From positions 7,802-71,801 of the forward strand of contig QZKF01000076.1 in assembly GCA_003599455.1 (NCBI GenBank): 64,000 nt of DNA, in the 5' to 3' direction. The notes under the pieces are model-generated. The model was not told the origin of the DNA. It was given only the letters and a program-made list of their open reading frames with translations, and did no database searches. The position numbers were made by a program, and so were the translations under genes. Position 1 is the first letter of the stretch. Every line of letters starts with the position of its first letter. Below, in pieces: positions 49,190-59,026 of this stretch. Origin of the DNA: Comamonadaceae bacterium. Lineage in GTDB: Bacteria; Pseudomonadota; Gammaproteobacteria; Burkholderiales; Burkholderiaceae_C.

Positions 49190-49504
49190 CTAGGGGAACG
49201 CGCGCAGCAGCGCGCGGCACACCGCCACCGTGGCCACGCCGGCCAGGGCGGCCAGCAGGTCGTTGCGCGTCAGGCGCATCACCCCCACGATCACGCCCAG
49301 GCCCAGCAGCTCGGGCAACTCGCCGCGCGCCGCCGCGGGCGCCACGATGCCCAGCATCACCGCCAGCGGCGCGGCACCCAGGGCGGCCTTGAGCCTGGGG
49401 GTCACGGTCACATAGCGCATCAGCCAGAAGCCACCGGCCCGGCACAGGAAGGCCGCCAGGGCCAGCGCCAGCAGCGCTGGCAGGAGTTCAGGGCGCAGGT
49501 TCAT
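49190..49504 (-). CDS. azlD: AzlD family small membrane protein
   Basis: AFLCRAGGF, L.AAP..V; ATGA overlap with azlC. Confidence 0.75.
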   Translation of the reverse strand: MNLRPELLPALLALALAAFLCRAGGFWLMRYVTVTPRLKAALGAAPLAVMLGIVAPAAARGELPELLGLGVIVGVMRLTRNDLLAALAGVATVAVCRALLRAFP

Positions 49505-50202
49505 GCCGGAGCCTCCGCGCCGTGGCGCCACCAGGCCACCGCCGCGCCAGTCAGGCCGGCCGCGACGATGGTCCATCCGCTGGGCGCCACGGCGTTGGCG
49601 ACCAGGGCCACACCGAGTGCCGCGCCGGCCGGCCACAGGTCGGCGCGGGACTTGAACAGGCCGACCGCCATCGCCGCGCAGAACGCGGTCAGCAGGAAGT
49701 CGAGTGCGAGCAGCTTGGGATGGGCCATCCAGCCACCGGCCACCGACCCCAGCAGCGTGCCGCCGACCCAGGGCAGGAACATGGCCAGGCCCGAACCCAG
49801 CACATAGGCCGCGTCGTGTTCGCCATCGGCGTGCGCCTTCATCGACAGCACCCAGTTGCCGTCGCCCAGGAAGTACAGGCTCGAATAGGCGTTGCCCACC
49901 GAGGCCTGGCCTAGCCAGGGCCGCAGCGCGGCGCCATACAGCATGTAGCGCGCGTTGAGCATCAGGACGGTGACGACGCCGGCCAGCACCGTCGCGCCCG
50001 GGCTCAGCGTGCCCACCGTGGCCACCTGGGCCGAGCCCGAATACACCAGCGCGCTCATGAGCATGGCCTCCAGCACGGACAGGCCCGCGTCGCTGGCCAG
50101 CAGGCCAAAGGTGACGGCGTAGGCAAACACGCCGATCGCCAGCGGCTGCGCCTGGGCATAGCCGCGGCGGAAACCGGCGGCGGTGAAGGTGGTTTCAGGC
50201 AT
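49501..50202 (-). CDS. azlC: AzlC family branched-chain amino acid exporter permease
   Basis: FGLLA..G, MSALVYSGSAQ, LNARYMLYG, D.NW. Confidence 0.88.
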   Translation of the reverse strand: MPETTFTAAGFRRGYAQAQPLAIGVFAYAVTFGLLASDAGLSVLEAMLMSALVYSGSAQVATVGTLSPGATVLAGVVTVLMLNARYMLYGAALRPWLGQASVGNAYSSLYFLGDGNWVLSMKAHADGEHDAAYVLGSGLAMFLPWVGGTLLGSVAGGWMAHPKLLALDFLLTAFCAAMAVGLFKSRADLWPAGAALGVALVANAVAPSGWTIVAAGLTGAAVAWWRHGAEAPA

Positions 50203-51109
50203 GGGAAGGCGCGGGTTGCTGTTCACCCGACAGCATATCGATCAACCAGGATGCGCCCGGGTCGTCGGTGACGGACCGGCTCATCGCGATCTGGTGGCGA
50301 AAGGGCTCCAGCGCGAACGGCACGTCCCGCGTGCCCAGGGGCACGTCCTGGTGGCGCGCGACGAGGTCCCGGGGAACCGTCAAGATCAAGTCCGTGGACT
50401 GAAGCAGGCGCACCGCCGCCTCGAAATGGGCCGCCACGAGCCGGATGTTGCGCTCATGTCCCATCCGGCCGATCGTCTGATCGATCACGCCGAAGGAGCC
50501 CGACTGCACAAGCACCTGCAGGTGCTCTGCAGCCAGGTACCGTTCCAGCGTGAGCCCGCGCTTGAAAGCCGGATGGGCGGAACGCGCCACGCACACATAG
50601 GGCACCTCCCTCAGGGTTTTCACCGCGACGGCATCGTCGGCGCTGTTGAACACACCCAGCGCCAGGTCCAGCGCCCCGGAGCGGATCATGTCGGCCGCGT
50701 GGGTCCGCCCCACGTGCGTGAGCTGAATGCGCACCTGTGGCGCTGTGGCCAGGATGCGGCCGAGCACAGGTTCCAGAATGGCCACGGCCGCGTGATCCGA
50801 GCAACCGATCTGAAAGTGCCGCGTCGATCGCACCGGATCGAACGAGCTGGACATGGCGAACACCCGTTGCGCCCGCACCAGGATGGCCCGCACCTCGTGC
50901 TGCAATGCCAGGGCCTTGGGCGTGGGCACCATGGCGCGTCCCTGCCGCACCACGATGTCGTCGCCACACGCCTGACGAAGGCGCGCCAGCGCATGGCTCA
51001 CGGCAGGCTGCGTCAGCGCCAGGCGATCCGCCGCGCGCGACACACTGCGTTCGCCCAGAACGGCATCGAACACCACCAGCAGGTTGAGGTCGAGTCGGCG
51101 CAAATCCAT
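50195..51109 (-). CDS. LysR family regulator (NodD/DntR/LeuO-like)
   Basis: LDLNLLVVFDAV..ERSVSRAADRL.LTQPAVSHALARLR; stop overlaps the azlC start by 8 nt. Confidence 0.92.
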   Translation of the reverse strand: MDLRRLDLNLLVVFDAVLGERSVSRAADRLALTQPAVSHALARLRQACGDDIVVRQGRAMVPTPKALALQHEVRAILVRAQRVFAMSSSFDPVRSTRHFQIGCSDHAAVAILEPVLGRILATAPQVRIQLTHVGRTHAADMIRSGALDLALGVFNSADDAVAVKTLREVPYVCVARSAHPAFKRGLTLERYLAAEHLQVLVQSGSFGVIDQTIGRMGHERNIRLVAAHFEAAVRLLQSTDLILTVPRDLVARHQDVPLGTRDVPFALEPFRHQIAMSRSVTDDPGASWLIDMLSGEQQPAPSHA

Positions 51110-51118
51110 GAATCCATT

Positions 51119-51133
51119 ATGCATGGCATGCAT
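51119..51133. promoter_or_regulatory. LysR-type T-N11-A dyad (ATGCAT-GGC-ATGCAT)
   Basis: Dyad just upstream of the LysR start, in the divergent LysR/Bug intergenic region. Confidence 0.55.
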
Positions 51134-51259
51134 TCATAGGCATGGACAAGTGTCATTGGACCTTGCTCACCGAACTGCCTACATTGGCGAAGCCCCTCGA
51201 GATCTTTTATTCAATGCCTGCATGGGCCGCAGACAACAACCGATTGGAGACACGTCACC

Positions 51260-52282
51260 ATGTTCCCCTGCACCCCTCGTCGAACGCAGCCGACACCCGG
51301 AAACGCACGCGGGTTCGCCGCCTTCCTCTGCGCCGCCGCTGCCCTGTTGTGCGCGCTGCCTGGCGGTCGCGCGCAGGCCGCCGACTGGCCCGATCGCCCC
51401 ATCCGCATCGTGGTGCCGTTCGGCGCGGGCGGCAGCACCGATGCGCTCGCGCGCATCCTGGGCGAGAAGCTCGGTGCGTCCACCGGGCAAGCCGTCGTGA
51501 TTGAGAACCGCGCGGGTGCCGCAGGGGCCATCGGCGCGCAGGCGGTGGCCAAGGCCGCTCCCGATGGCAGCACCTTCCTGCTGGCCACAAGCAGCACGCA
51601 TGCGGTGCTGCCACACCTGCGGCCGCTGCCCTACGACGCCACGAAAGACTTCACCGCGATCGCGCGCATCGCCTCCGCCCCGAACGTGCTCATGGTCAGC
51701 CCGATGCTCAAGGTCGCCACGGTGAAGGATCTCGTCCAGCTGGCCAGCACCCGCGAAGGCGGCCTCGCGCATTCGTCCAGCGGGAACGGCACCGTCACGC
51801 ACCTCATCGCCGCCGACTTCGCGCAGCGCGCAGGCATCCGCGTGCGGCACATTCCCTACAAGACGGGCATCCAGGCGCTGCCCGAACTGAGCAACGGGCA
51901 GGTCGACTTTGCCTTCGACAGCATCGTCTGGGCGCTGCCCCAGGCGCAGGCCGGCAAGGTCAAGGCACTGGCCATCGGCAGCCCCGAGCGCTCGCCGCTC
52001 GCACCCGATCTCCCCACCCTGCGTGAAGCGGGTTTCACAGGCTTCGACGGCACGACCTGGTTCGCGTTGATGGGGCCGGCCGGACTGAGCCCGCGGATCG
52101 TGTCAGAACTCAATCGCCACGTGAACGCGGCGCTGCGCGACCCCGACCTGCGCGCCCAGTTTGAACGCCAGGGTGCCGAAGCGCTGGGCGGCACACCGCA
52201 GGACCTCGAGAAGCTCGTGCGGGATGACGGCAAGCGATGGGCCAACGTCATCGCCACGGGCGGCATCAAGATCGATCAGTGA
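51260..52282 (+). CDS. Bug/TctC tripartite tricarboxylate transporter substrate-binding protein
   Basis: WPDRPIRIVVPFGAGGSTD.LAR, ENRAGAAG.IG, SSGNGT, IPYK, TWFAL.GPAGL. Confidence 0.92.
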   Translation: MFPCTPRRTQPTPGNARGFAAFLCAAAALLCALPGGRAQAADWPDRPIRIVVPFGAGGSTDALARILGEKLGASTGQAVVIENRAGAAGAIGAQAVAKAAPDGSTFLLATSSTHAVLPHLRPLPYDATKDFTAIARIASAPNVLMVSPMLKVATVKDLVQLASTREGGLAHSSSGNGTVTHLIAADFAQRAGIRVRHIPYKTGIQALPELSNGQVDFAFDSIVWALPQAQAGKVKALAIGSPERSPLAPDLPTLREAGFTGFDGTTWFALMGPAGLSPRIVSELNRHVNAALRDPDLRAQFERQGAEALGGTPQDLEKLVRDDGKRWANVIATGGIKIDQ

Positions 52283-52305
52283 ACAGCACGCACGCACCCC
52301 ACACC

Positions 52306-53184
52306 ATGACCACCACAACCGATTCCCCCACCCTCCCCCACTTTCGCGATCTGGTCGCGAGCGAACGTCCCCTGGTTCTTCCCGGGGCGCACGATGCGAT
52401 CTCGGCCCTGCTGATCCAGCAGGCCGGCTTCAAGGCGTACTTCATTGGCGGCTTTCCCCTCGTCGGCGCGCGTTTCGGCCTGCCCGACATCGGGCTGGCC
52501 ACGCTGGGGGAAATCAGTGCCGGCGTGCGCGACATCCTCGCGGTGTCCGACCTGCCGGTGCTGGTGGATGTCGACAACGGCTACGGCGATGTCAAGAATG
52601 TCGTGCATGCGGTGCACACCTACGAAAAGATGGGCGCCCAGGCCCTGTTCTTCGAAGACCAGGTGTCACCGAAGCGCTGCGGCCACATCGCGGGCAAGGA
52701 ACTTCTGTCGTGCGAGGAGATGGAGCGCCGCATCCGGGCGGCCGCCGAACAGCGACGCGATCCGCGCACCTTCATCATTGCCCGCACCGATGCCCGCGAG
52801 GTGTATGGCATGGACGAGGCCCTGCGGCGCGGCGAGCGTTACGCCCGGGCCGGGGCCGACGGCCTGTTCATCGAAGCCCCCGAGTCGGTGGAAGAGCTCG
52901 AACTCATCGGCCGTACGCTGGCCGGCGTGCCCTTGATGGCCAACATGCTCGAAGGTGGCCGCACGCCCATCCTGCGCCCGCGGGAGCTGGAAGACCTCGG
53001 TTTTCGCATCGTCATCTACGGCATCTCGCTCCTGATGCGCAGCGTGCGCGTCATGCAGGACAGCCTCGCCGACATCCGCAGCGGCGAACTCAAGCTGGTC
53101 GGCACCGGTGTCGGCTTCGAGGAATACAAGACGATCGTCGGCTTCGAGCGCTGGTCCGGGATCGAGTCGCGGTATGGCGGGTAG
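52306..53184 (+). CDS. Isocitrate lyase/PEP mutase superfamily enzyme (PrpB/2,3-dimethylmalate-lyase-like)
   Basis: PGAHDAISA, GLPDIG, DVDNGYG, FEDQVSPKRCGH with catalytic Cys, IARTDA, NMLEGGRTP. Confidence 0.88.
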   Translation: MTTTTDSPTLPHFRDLVASERPLVLPGAHDAISALLIQQAGFKAYFIGGFPLVGARFGLPDIGLATLGEISAGVRDILAVSDLPVLVDVDNGYGDVKNVVHAVHTYEKMGAQALFFEDQVSPKRCGHIAGKELLSCEEMERRIRAAAEQRRDPRTFIIARTDAREVYGMDEALRRGERYARAGADGLFIEAPESVEELELIGRTLAGVPLMANMLEGGRTPILRPRELEDLGFRIVIYGISLLMRSVRVMQDSLADIRSGELKLVGTGVGFEEYKTIVGFERWSGIESRYGG

Positions 53185-53250
53185 CAGCGGGGAACGCCCG
53201 TTTCAATGGGGCCTCTGAACGGCACCCCGCCGCCAACGGAGGCCCTGCCC

Positions 53251-54006
53251 TCAGTGCATGACCGATCCACCGTCCACCACCACGGTCTGCCCCGTCATGA
53301 AATCGCTGCCAGGTGCCAGAAGAAAGACCAGCGCGCCGGTCAGGTCCTCGGGGGTCTGGTCCCGTCGCAAACACCGGCTGGCCACGGTGGCCTGTCCATC
53401 CTTCACCCAATTGGCCTGTTCCATCACGCCTTCGCTCATGGTGAAGCCCGGAGCGAGGCAGTTGGCACGGATGCCGGCCGGTCCCAGTTCCCGCGCGAGG
53501 CAGCGGGTCATGGCGACCACGGCGCCTTTCGACGTCACGTAGGACAGCATCATCACCTGGCCCTTGAAGACCGTTCCCGAGGCGATGTTGACGATCTTGC
53601 CGTAGCCCTGGCGGCGCATCACCGGAATGACGGCCTTCGCGCATTCGAAGGCGCCACGCACGTTGACGGCCATCACGCGGTCGAAGTCGGTCGACTCGAT
53701 CTCCTCGACCGACCGCTTGGGCAGCGTGGCGAACAGCGCGGCGTTATTGACCAGACCGTGAACGCCGCCGAACGCCTCATCCGCCTGCGCCACGAAGCGC
53801 GCCACGGCGTGGCCATCGGTCACGTCGCAGATGCCGCCAAGGGCCTCGCCGCCCATCGCCCGGATGCGGGCCACGGTCTGTTCGGGGGATCGCACGTCGC
53901 ATACCGCGACCCTGGCGCCCTGTTCGGCGAGCGCCAGCGCGAAGCTGGCGCCTATGCCTTGCGCCGCGCCGGTGATGATGATGCTGCGGCCTTCCAGTTG
54001 TTTCAT
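53251..54006 (-). CDS. Short-chain dehydrogenase/reductase
   Basis: TGAAQGIG, NNAA, NIAS, YVTSKGA. Alternative start at 54021. Confidence 0.92.
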   Translation of the reverse strand: MKQLEGRSIIITGAAQGIGASFALALAEQGARVAVCDVRSPEQTVARIRAMGGEALGGICDVTDGHAVARFVAQADEAFGGVHGLVNNAALFATLPKRSVEEIESTDFDRVMAVNVRGAFECAKAVIPVMRRQGYGKIVNIASGTVFKGQVMMLSYVTSKGAVVAMTRCLARELGPAGIRANCLAPGFTMSEGVMEQANWVKDGQATVASRCLRRDQTPEDLTGALVFLLAPGSDFMTGQTVVVDGGSVMH

Positions 54007-54029
54007 GTCGGTGTTCTCCATCGGTCGGT

Positions 54030-55478
54030 TCAGGGGTTCAGCACGGTCAAGGTCTGGGACTGCTGGTATTCGCGCATGCCTTCGATGCCGGCCCGGCGGC
54101 CACCACCGCTCTGCTTGACGCCGCCATACGTGGCCTTGCGGTTGACGGCGTTGGTGCCGTGGGCGTTGACGAACACCGTGCCGGCCTGCAGCCGCCAGGC
54201 CACCGAGGCGGCTTCTTCCGTGTTGCCGCCCCACACCGAAGCGCCCAGGCCGAAGCTCGTGTCGTTGGCGCGCGCCACAGCGTCGTCCAGTTCGCGGTAG
54301 CGCAGCACCGGTATGGCTGGGCAGAACTGCTCCTCCACCACCAGCCGTGCGTGGTCGTCCAGTCCGGTGACGAGGGTGGGCCGCAGGAAGTGCCCTCGCT
54401 CGAAGGTGGCCGGGTCGTCGACCTGTCCCAGCGTCTGGATGCGGGCGCCGCGCTGGCGCGCGTCCTCCAGGATGGCCTGCGCGCGCAGCAGCGCGGCACG
54501 GGTGTGCAGCGGCCCCATGGTGACGGCGGGCTTGAGGCCGTCGCCGACCACGCAGCGGTCCAGCGCCGCGGCAAACCGCCGCACGAAGTCGTCGTGCAGC
54601 GATTCGGGCACGTAGATGCGCTTGATCGCCATGCAGACCTGGCCCGTCATGCGCAGCACGGTGGTGGCCATCTGCTGCAGCATGGCGTCGTCCAGGCGCG
54701 CATCGGGCAGCACGATGGCGGGGTCGTTGCCGCCCAGCTCCAGCGTCACGCTCGTGATGCCCGCTGCGGCGTTGCCGAGGATGGTGCGCGCCGAGCTTGC
54801 GCCGCCGGTGAAGCCGATCTTGCTGACCAGCGGATGGCGGGTGAGCGCGTCGCCGATGTCCGCCGGCAGGCCGGTCACGGCGTTGAGCACACCGGGCGGC
54901 AGCACGCGGGCCAGCAGGCCGACGGCCTGCAGCAGCGCCAGCGGGCAGGTTTCGGGCGCCTTCACCACCACCGTGTTGCCCGCCAGCAGCGCCGGGATGA
55001 TCTGCATGCTGGCCAGCGACACCGGCGCGTTCCACGGCACGATGGACACCACCACGCCATATGGCCGCCAGCGCACCTCGGTGAACCCGTTGGCCGAGGG
55101 CAGGCGCTGCGTGGCCTCCAGCTCGGCGGTCAGCTCCAGCGTGAGCCGGGCCCGCGTCGCCACGTCGCCCAGCTCGCGCCGCGCTTCCGCCAGCGTCTTG
55201 CCGTTCTCACGCACGAACAATGTGGCGCGGGCGTCGAGATCGGTGCCGAGCTGGTCCAGCGCCTGGTCGATGAGCTGCGCGCGGCGCAGGAAGCCGAGGC
55301 GTTCCCAGGCGCCCTGCGCGGCGGCGGCGGCCTGCACCGCGTGGTCCATGTCCTGCGCGGTGCCGAGCACGATGCTGCCCACCACCTCGTCGGGCCGTGC
55401 CGGGTTGCGCACCTCCTGGCGGCGCTTGCCGTCCACGCGTGCGCCGTCGATCAGCATGCCGGCGTCGAATCGTTCCAT
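54030..55478 (-). CDS. NAD(P)-dependent aldehyde dehydrogenase
   Basis: PWNAP, FTGG, LELGGNDP, GQVC, EEQFCP, YGGVKQSG. Confidence 0.92.
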   Translation of the reverse strand: MERFDAGMLIDGARVDGKRRQEVRNPARPDEVVGSIVLGTAQDMDHAVQAAAAAQGAWERLGFLRRAQLIDQALDQLGTDLDARATLFVRENGKTLAEARRELGDVATRARLTLELTAELEATQRLPSANGFTEVRWRPYGVVVSIVPWNAPVSLASMQIIPALLAGNTVVVKAPETCPLALLQAVGLLARVLPPGVLNAVTGLPADIGDALTRHPLVSKIGFTGGASSARTILGNAAAGITSVTLELGGNDPAIVLPDARLDDAMLQQMATTVLRMTGQVCMAIKRIYVPESLHDDFVRRFAAALDRCVVGDGLKPAVTMGPLHTRAALLRAQAILEDARQRGARIQTLGQVDDPATFERGHFLRPTLVTGLDDHARLVVEEQFCPAIPVLRYRELDDAVARANDTSFGLGASVWGGNTEEAASVAWRLQAGTVFVNAHGTNAVNRKATYGGVKQSGGGRRAGIEGMREYQQSQTLTVLNP

Positions 55479-55494
55479 ACCTGTGGTTCCTGCG

Positions 55495-56955
55495 TCAGAG
55501 CGTGATGTTGATGTTCTTGGGCTGCGTGTAGAACATCAGCTCCTCGATCGATTCGTCGCGCCCGAGACCCGACTGCTTGTAGCCGCCGAAACCCGTGCCC
55601 AGGAAATGGCTGCTCGAGTTGTTGACCCAGACCAGGCCTGCTTCGATGCGGCTCGCGGCGCGGTGGGCGATGGCCAGGTCGCGCGTGAACACCGCGCCGG
55701 TCAGCCCGTACTCCACCGAATTGACCTGCTCGAACATGGTTTCCTCATCGGACCACTTGATGACCGACAGCACCGGGCCGAAGATTTCCTCGCGGGCAAT
55801 GCGCATGTCGGCGCGCACGTTGGTGAACACGGTGGGCTCGATGAAGTAGCCCTTCTGCAGCGCGGGGTCGCTCGGGCGCTTGCCGCCACAGGCGAGGGCG
55901 GCGCCCTCGCTCAGGCCGATGTCGATGTAGCGCAGCACCTTGTCCATTTGCGCTTTTGACACGATCGCACCCTGCGTGGTGGCCGGGTCGGTCGGAATGC
56001 CGGGCTTGTACGCCTGGATCTTCTTCAGCACCCCCGCCATCACCTCGTCGTGCACCGACTCGTGCACGAACAGGCGCGAGGTGGAGCCGCACGACTGGCC
56101 GTTCCAGGTGAAGTTCATGCCCTTGACGGCACCGCTGCTCGCGCGGTCGAGGTCGGCATCGGGGTAGATGATCAGCGCGTTCTTGCCACCGAGTTCCAGC
56201 GACACGCGCTTGATGCGGTCGGCCGCCGCGCGCATCACGGCACGGCCGGTTTCCACGCTGCCCACCAGGCCGATCACCGGCACGTCGGGATGCGCCGACA
56301 GTGCCGCGCCGCAGGGCGTGCCGCCGGTCACCACGTTGAACACGCCCGGGGGCAGGATGCCTTCGATCAGCTCCAGGAAACGGTAGGCCGACATCGGTGC
56401 CTGCACCGGCGGCTTCATCACCACCGTGTTGCCCGCGGCCAGCGGCGCAGCGCTCTTGGCGCCCAGGAACAGCAGCGGATGGTTGTAGGCCACGATGCGG
56501 CCCACCACGCCGTAGGGTTCACGCACGATGAGGTTTACCATGCCGTCGCCCATGGGCACCGTCTCGCCCTTGGCTTCGGTGACCAGACCGGCGAAGAACT
56601 CGAAGGCGGCGGCGGCGAACTCCACGTCGCGCATCATTTCCGCCACGGGCGCGCCGCAGTTGGACGCGTCGAGCAGTGCCAGCTCCAGCGTGTTCGCGCG
56701 CAGCACGGCCGCGATCTTGCGCAGCATCGCGGCGCGCTCCAGTGGCTTGGTCTTCTTCCACGTGACGAAGGCCTTCTTCGCCGCCTGCACCGCGGCATCG
56801 ACATCCTCCGCATTGGCCTCCGCGCAGGGACCCAGTGACTCGCCGTTGGCGGGGTTGTAGGTGTCGGTGTAGCCGCCCCGCGGCTTGTGCCAGGTTCCGC
56901 CGTAGTAGAGGTCGCGTTGGGTGGGGATGCGAACTTGCTGAACTGCGCTGCTCAT
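55495..56955 (-). CDS. Aldehyde dehydrogenase, PhdK (2-carboxybenzaldehyde dehydrogenase)-like subfamily
   Basis: AYNHPL, LELGGKN, MNFTWNGQSCGSTSRLFVHES, EEIFGP. ALDH is certain; the subfamily is recalled from motifs. Confidence 0.85.
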   Translation of the reverse strand: MSSAVQQVRIPTQRDLYYGGTWHKPRGGYTDTYNPANGESLGPCAEANAEDVDAAVQAAKKAFVTWKKTKPLERAAMLRKIAAVLRANTLELALLDASNCGAPVAEMMRDVEFAAAAFEFFAGLVTEAKGETVPMGDGMVNLIVREPYGVVGRIVAYNHPLLFLGAKSAAPLAAGNTVVMKPPVQAPMSAYRFLELIEGILPPGVFNVVTGGTPCGAALSAHPDVPVIGLVGSVETGRAVMRAAADRIKRVSLELGGKNALIIYPDADLDRASSGAVKGMNFTWNGQSCGSTSRLFVHESVHDEVMAGVLKKIQAYKPGIPTDPATTQGAIVSKAQMDKVLRYIDIGLSEGAALACGGKRPSDPALQKGYFIEPTVFTNVRADMRIAREEIFGPVLSVIKWSDEETMFEQVNSVEYGLTGAVFTRDLAIAHRAASRIEAGLVWVNNSSSHFLGTGFGGYKQSGLGRDESIEELMFYTQPKNINITL

Positions 56956-57108
56956 GTGATGTGCTCCATTCCATGTGTTGGGAAGGGCGCGATCGTAGGA
57001 AGCAGCGGGGTCTTTCGTCCAATGGATGTTGCGAATGTTGCCCATGGACGTGGTGGTTTCGTGTTGCTGGCACCCGCGCCTAAGCTGCGGCCCCACAGGA
57101 GAACCACC

Positions 57109-57900
57109 ATGGACATCAGCCACAACACCATCCTCATCACCGGCGGCGGCTCCGGCATCGGGCGCGCGCTGGCCGAGGCCTTCCACGCCGAGGGCAACCA
57201 GGTCATCATCTCGGGCCGGCGCCGCGAGATGCTGCAGCAGACCATCGAGGCCAACCCGGGCATGGCCGCCATCGAGCTCGACATCCGGGACGCGGCCGAC
57301 ATCCGGCGCGTCGCGCAACAGCTCAGACAGTCGCATCCGGCGCTGAATGCGGTGATCCACAACGCCGGCATCATGCGCACGGAGAACGTGCAGGAGCCGG
57401 ACACGACCGACGCGGAAGACATCGTCACCACCAACCTGCTGGGGCCCATTCGCCTGACAGCGGCCTTGCTGCCACAGATGCTGCAGCAACCCGCCGCGAC
57501 CATCATGACCGTGTCATCGGGCCTGGCTTTCCTGCCCGGCGCCATCACGCCCACCTATTGCGCCACCAAGGCGGCGATCCACTCGTACTCGCAGTCGCTG
57601 CGCTACCAGTTGCGCGACACCCCGGTGCGCGTCATGGAACTGGTGCCACCGTACGTGCAGACCGAGCTGACCGGTCCCGCGCACGCCAGCGATCCCAACG
57701 CCATGCCGCTGAAGGCCTTCATCGACGAGGTGATGGCGATCATCAGGGCCACGCCCGACGCGCACGAGATCTGCGTGGAACGCGTCAAGCCGCTGCGCAA
57801 CGCGGCCGCCGGCGGTGACTACGAGGCGTTCTTCAAGCGCTTCAACGACGCGCGCTCGGGTGCGGCCGCCGCGCAGTGGAAAGGCCAACCGGCACGCTGA
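57109..57900 (+). CDS. SDR oxidoreductase (DltE-like)
   Basis: ILITGGGSGIG, NAGI, SSGLAF, YCATKAA, ELVPPYVQT; AGGAG RBS. Confidence 0.9.
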   Translation: MDISHNTILITGGGSGIGRALAEAFHAEGNQVIISGRRREMLQQTIEANPGMAAIELDIRDAADIRRVAQQLRQSHPALNAVIHNAGIMRTENVQEPDTTDAEDIVTTNLLGPIRLTAALLPQMLQQPAATIMTVSSGLAFLPGAITPTYCATKAAIHSYSQSLRYQLRDTPVRVMELVPPYVQTELTGPAHASDPNAMPLKAFIDEVMAIIRATPDAHEICVERVKPLRNAAAGGDYEAFFKRFNDARSGAAAAQWKGQPAR

Positions 57901-57918
57901 GCCGGACGGCCAGCCAGG

Positions 57919-58875
57919 TCAATCATGCGGCAAGGTACGGCGCTCGCTGGGACGCATCGCCCGCTCGGCATAGCTGCTGGCGAAGATGCGGCGGAACCAG
58001 ATGTTGGCGGGGTCGCGATGCACCTGGTCGTGCCACTGCATGTTGAGGTCGATCGGCGGCAGCTCGAACGGGAGCGGCACGATGCGCACCGCCGCCATTT
58101 CGGTCATGGCACGCGCCAGGGCGCTCGGCGCCGTCAGGATCAGGTCCGTGCGGGCCACCGTGAGCGCCAGGCCGCTGAAGTAGGGAACGGACAGCGCGAT
58201 GCGGCGGCGCACGGAGCCGCCTTCGAACTGGGCGTCCAGCAGCTTGTCGAGCGATGCATGGATCGAAGCGGGCGGGCGGTAGCTCAGGTGCGCGGATTCC
58301 AGGTACTGCGACTGGGTCAGCGTGTCCCCGATGGTGGCGTGCCTGGCGCTGACGATGCACGTCCAGTGCTCCTGATCGAGCGACTGCCGGTGGTAGTCCG
58401 GCCCCAGTTCCGGGATGAAGCCCACGGCCAGGTCGAGTTCACCAGCGGCCAGTGCCTCCTTGGCGTTGCGCAGGGGCAGCGAGAGGTTCACCAGGTCCAC
58501 ATGGGGGGCGCGCTCGCGCAGCAGGCGCATGAAGTCGGGAATGAGCGTGACCTGCGCGATGTCGCTCACGAGGATGCGGAACGTGTGCTGCGACGTGGCG
58601 GGATCGAACACGCGGCTGCCTTCGAGCACGCGCTGGATGCGCTCGAGCACGTTGCTGATCTCGTCGCCCATGTTCATGGCCAGCGCCGTCGGCTGCATGC
58701 CTGCGGGTGTGCGCACGAAGAGCGGGTCACCGAAGGCCTCGCGCAGGCGCTGCAACGCATTGCTGGTGGCCGACTGGGTGAGGCCTATCCGTTCGCCAGC
58801 GAGTGTCACGCTGCGCGTGCGCATCAAGGCGTCGAACGTCAGCAGCAGGTTGAGATCGAGCTGGTGGGGCTTCAC
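57919..58875 (-). CDS. LysR family regulator (NahR/DntR-like)
   Basis: LDLNLLLTFDAL..RSVT.A..IGLTQSATSNAL.RLR..FGDPLFVRT..GMQPT; GTG start. Confidence 0.92.
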   Translation of the reverse strand: MKPHQLDLNLLLTFDALMRTRSVTLAGERIGLTQSATSNALQRLREAFGDPLFVRTPAGMQPTALAMNMGDEISNVLERIQRVLEGSRVFDPATSQHTFRILVSDIAQVTLIPDFMRLLRERAPHVDLVNLSLPLRNAKEALAAGELDLAVGFIPELGPDYHRQSLDQEHWTCIVSARHATIGDTLTQSQYLESAHLSYRPPASIHASLDKLLDAQFEGGSVRRRIALSVPYFSGLALTVARTDLILTAPSALARAMTEMAAVRIVPLPFELPPIDLNMQWHDQVHRDPANIWFRRIFASSYAERAMRPSERRTLPHD

Positions 58876-58970
58876 GTGGTCTCCGGGAGGTGTCGGCGAA
58901 GGATACCCGGGGCGTGTGCTTCGCGAAAGGCGTCAATTCGGCGGAAATTCTCACCGGCTGCGACACGCCT

Positions 58971-58999
58971 TTGACGCTGGATCAACCCCCTTCCATAGT
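58971..58999 (+). promoter_or_regulatory. Putative sigma70 promoter of the ring-cleavage operon, with dyad TTGA-N7-TCAA over the -35
   Basis: -35 TTGACG at 58971, 17 bp spacer, -10 CATAGT at 58994; dyad at 58971-58985. Confidence 0.55.
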
Positions 59000-59026
59000 T
59001 CGCGACCAGATCAAAGAGGAGACCGC

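Noticed and set aside
45836-55035. Apparent long ORFs 45836-47671 (ending in PaaI) and 53251-55035 (ending in SDR)
   Set aside because: The N-terminal parts are off-frame overlaps of MATE and ALDH; internal ATGs with RBS explain the real genes. There is no evidence for frameshifting.
58971-58985. TTGAC-GCTGG-ATCAA as an FNR box
   Set aside because: The spacer is 5 nt instead of 4; it fits better as a -35 with a LysR/IclR-type dyad.
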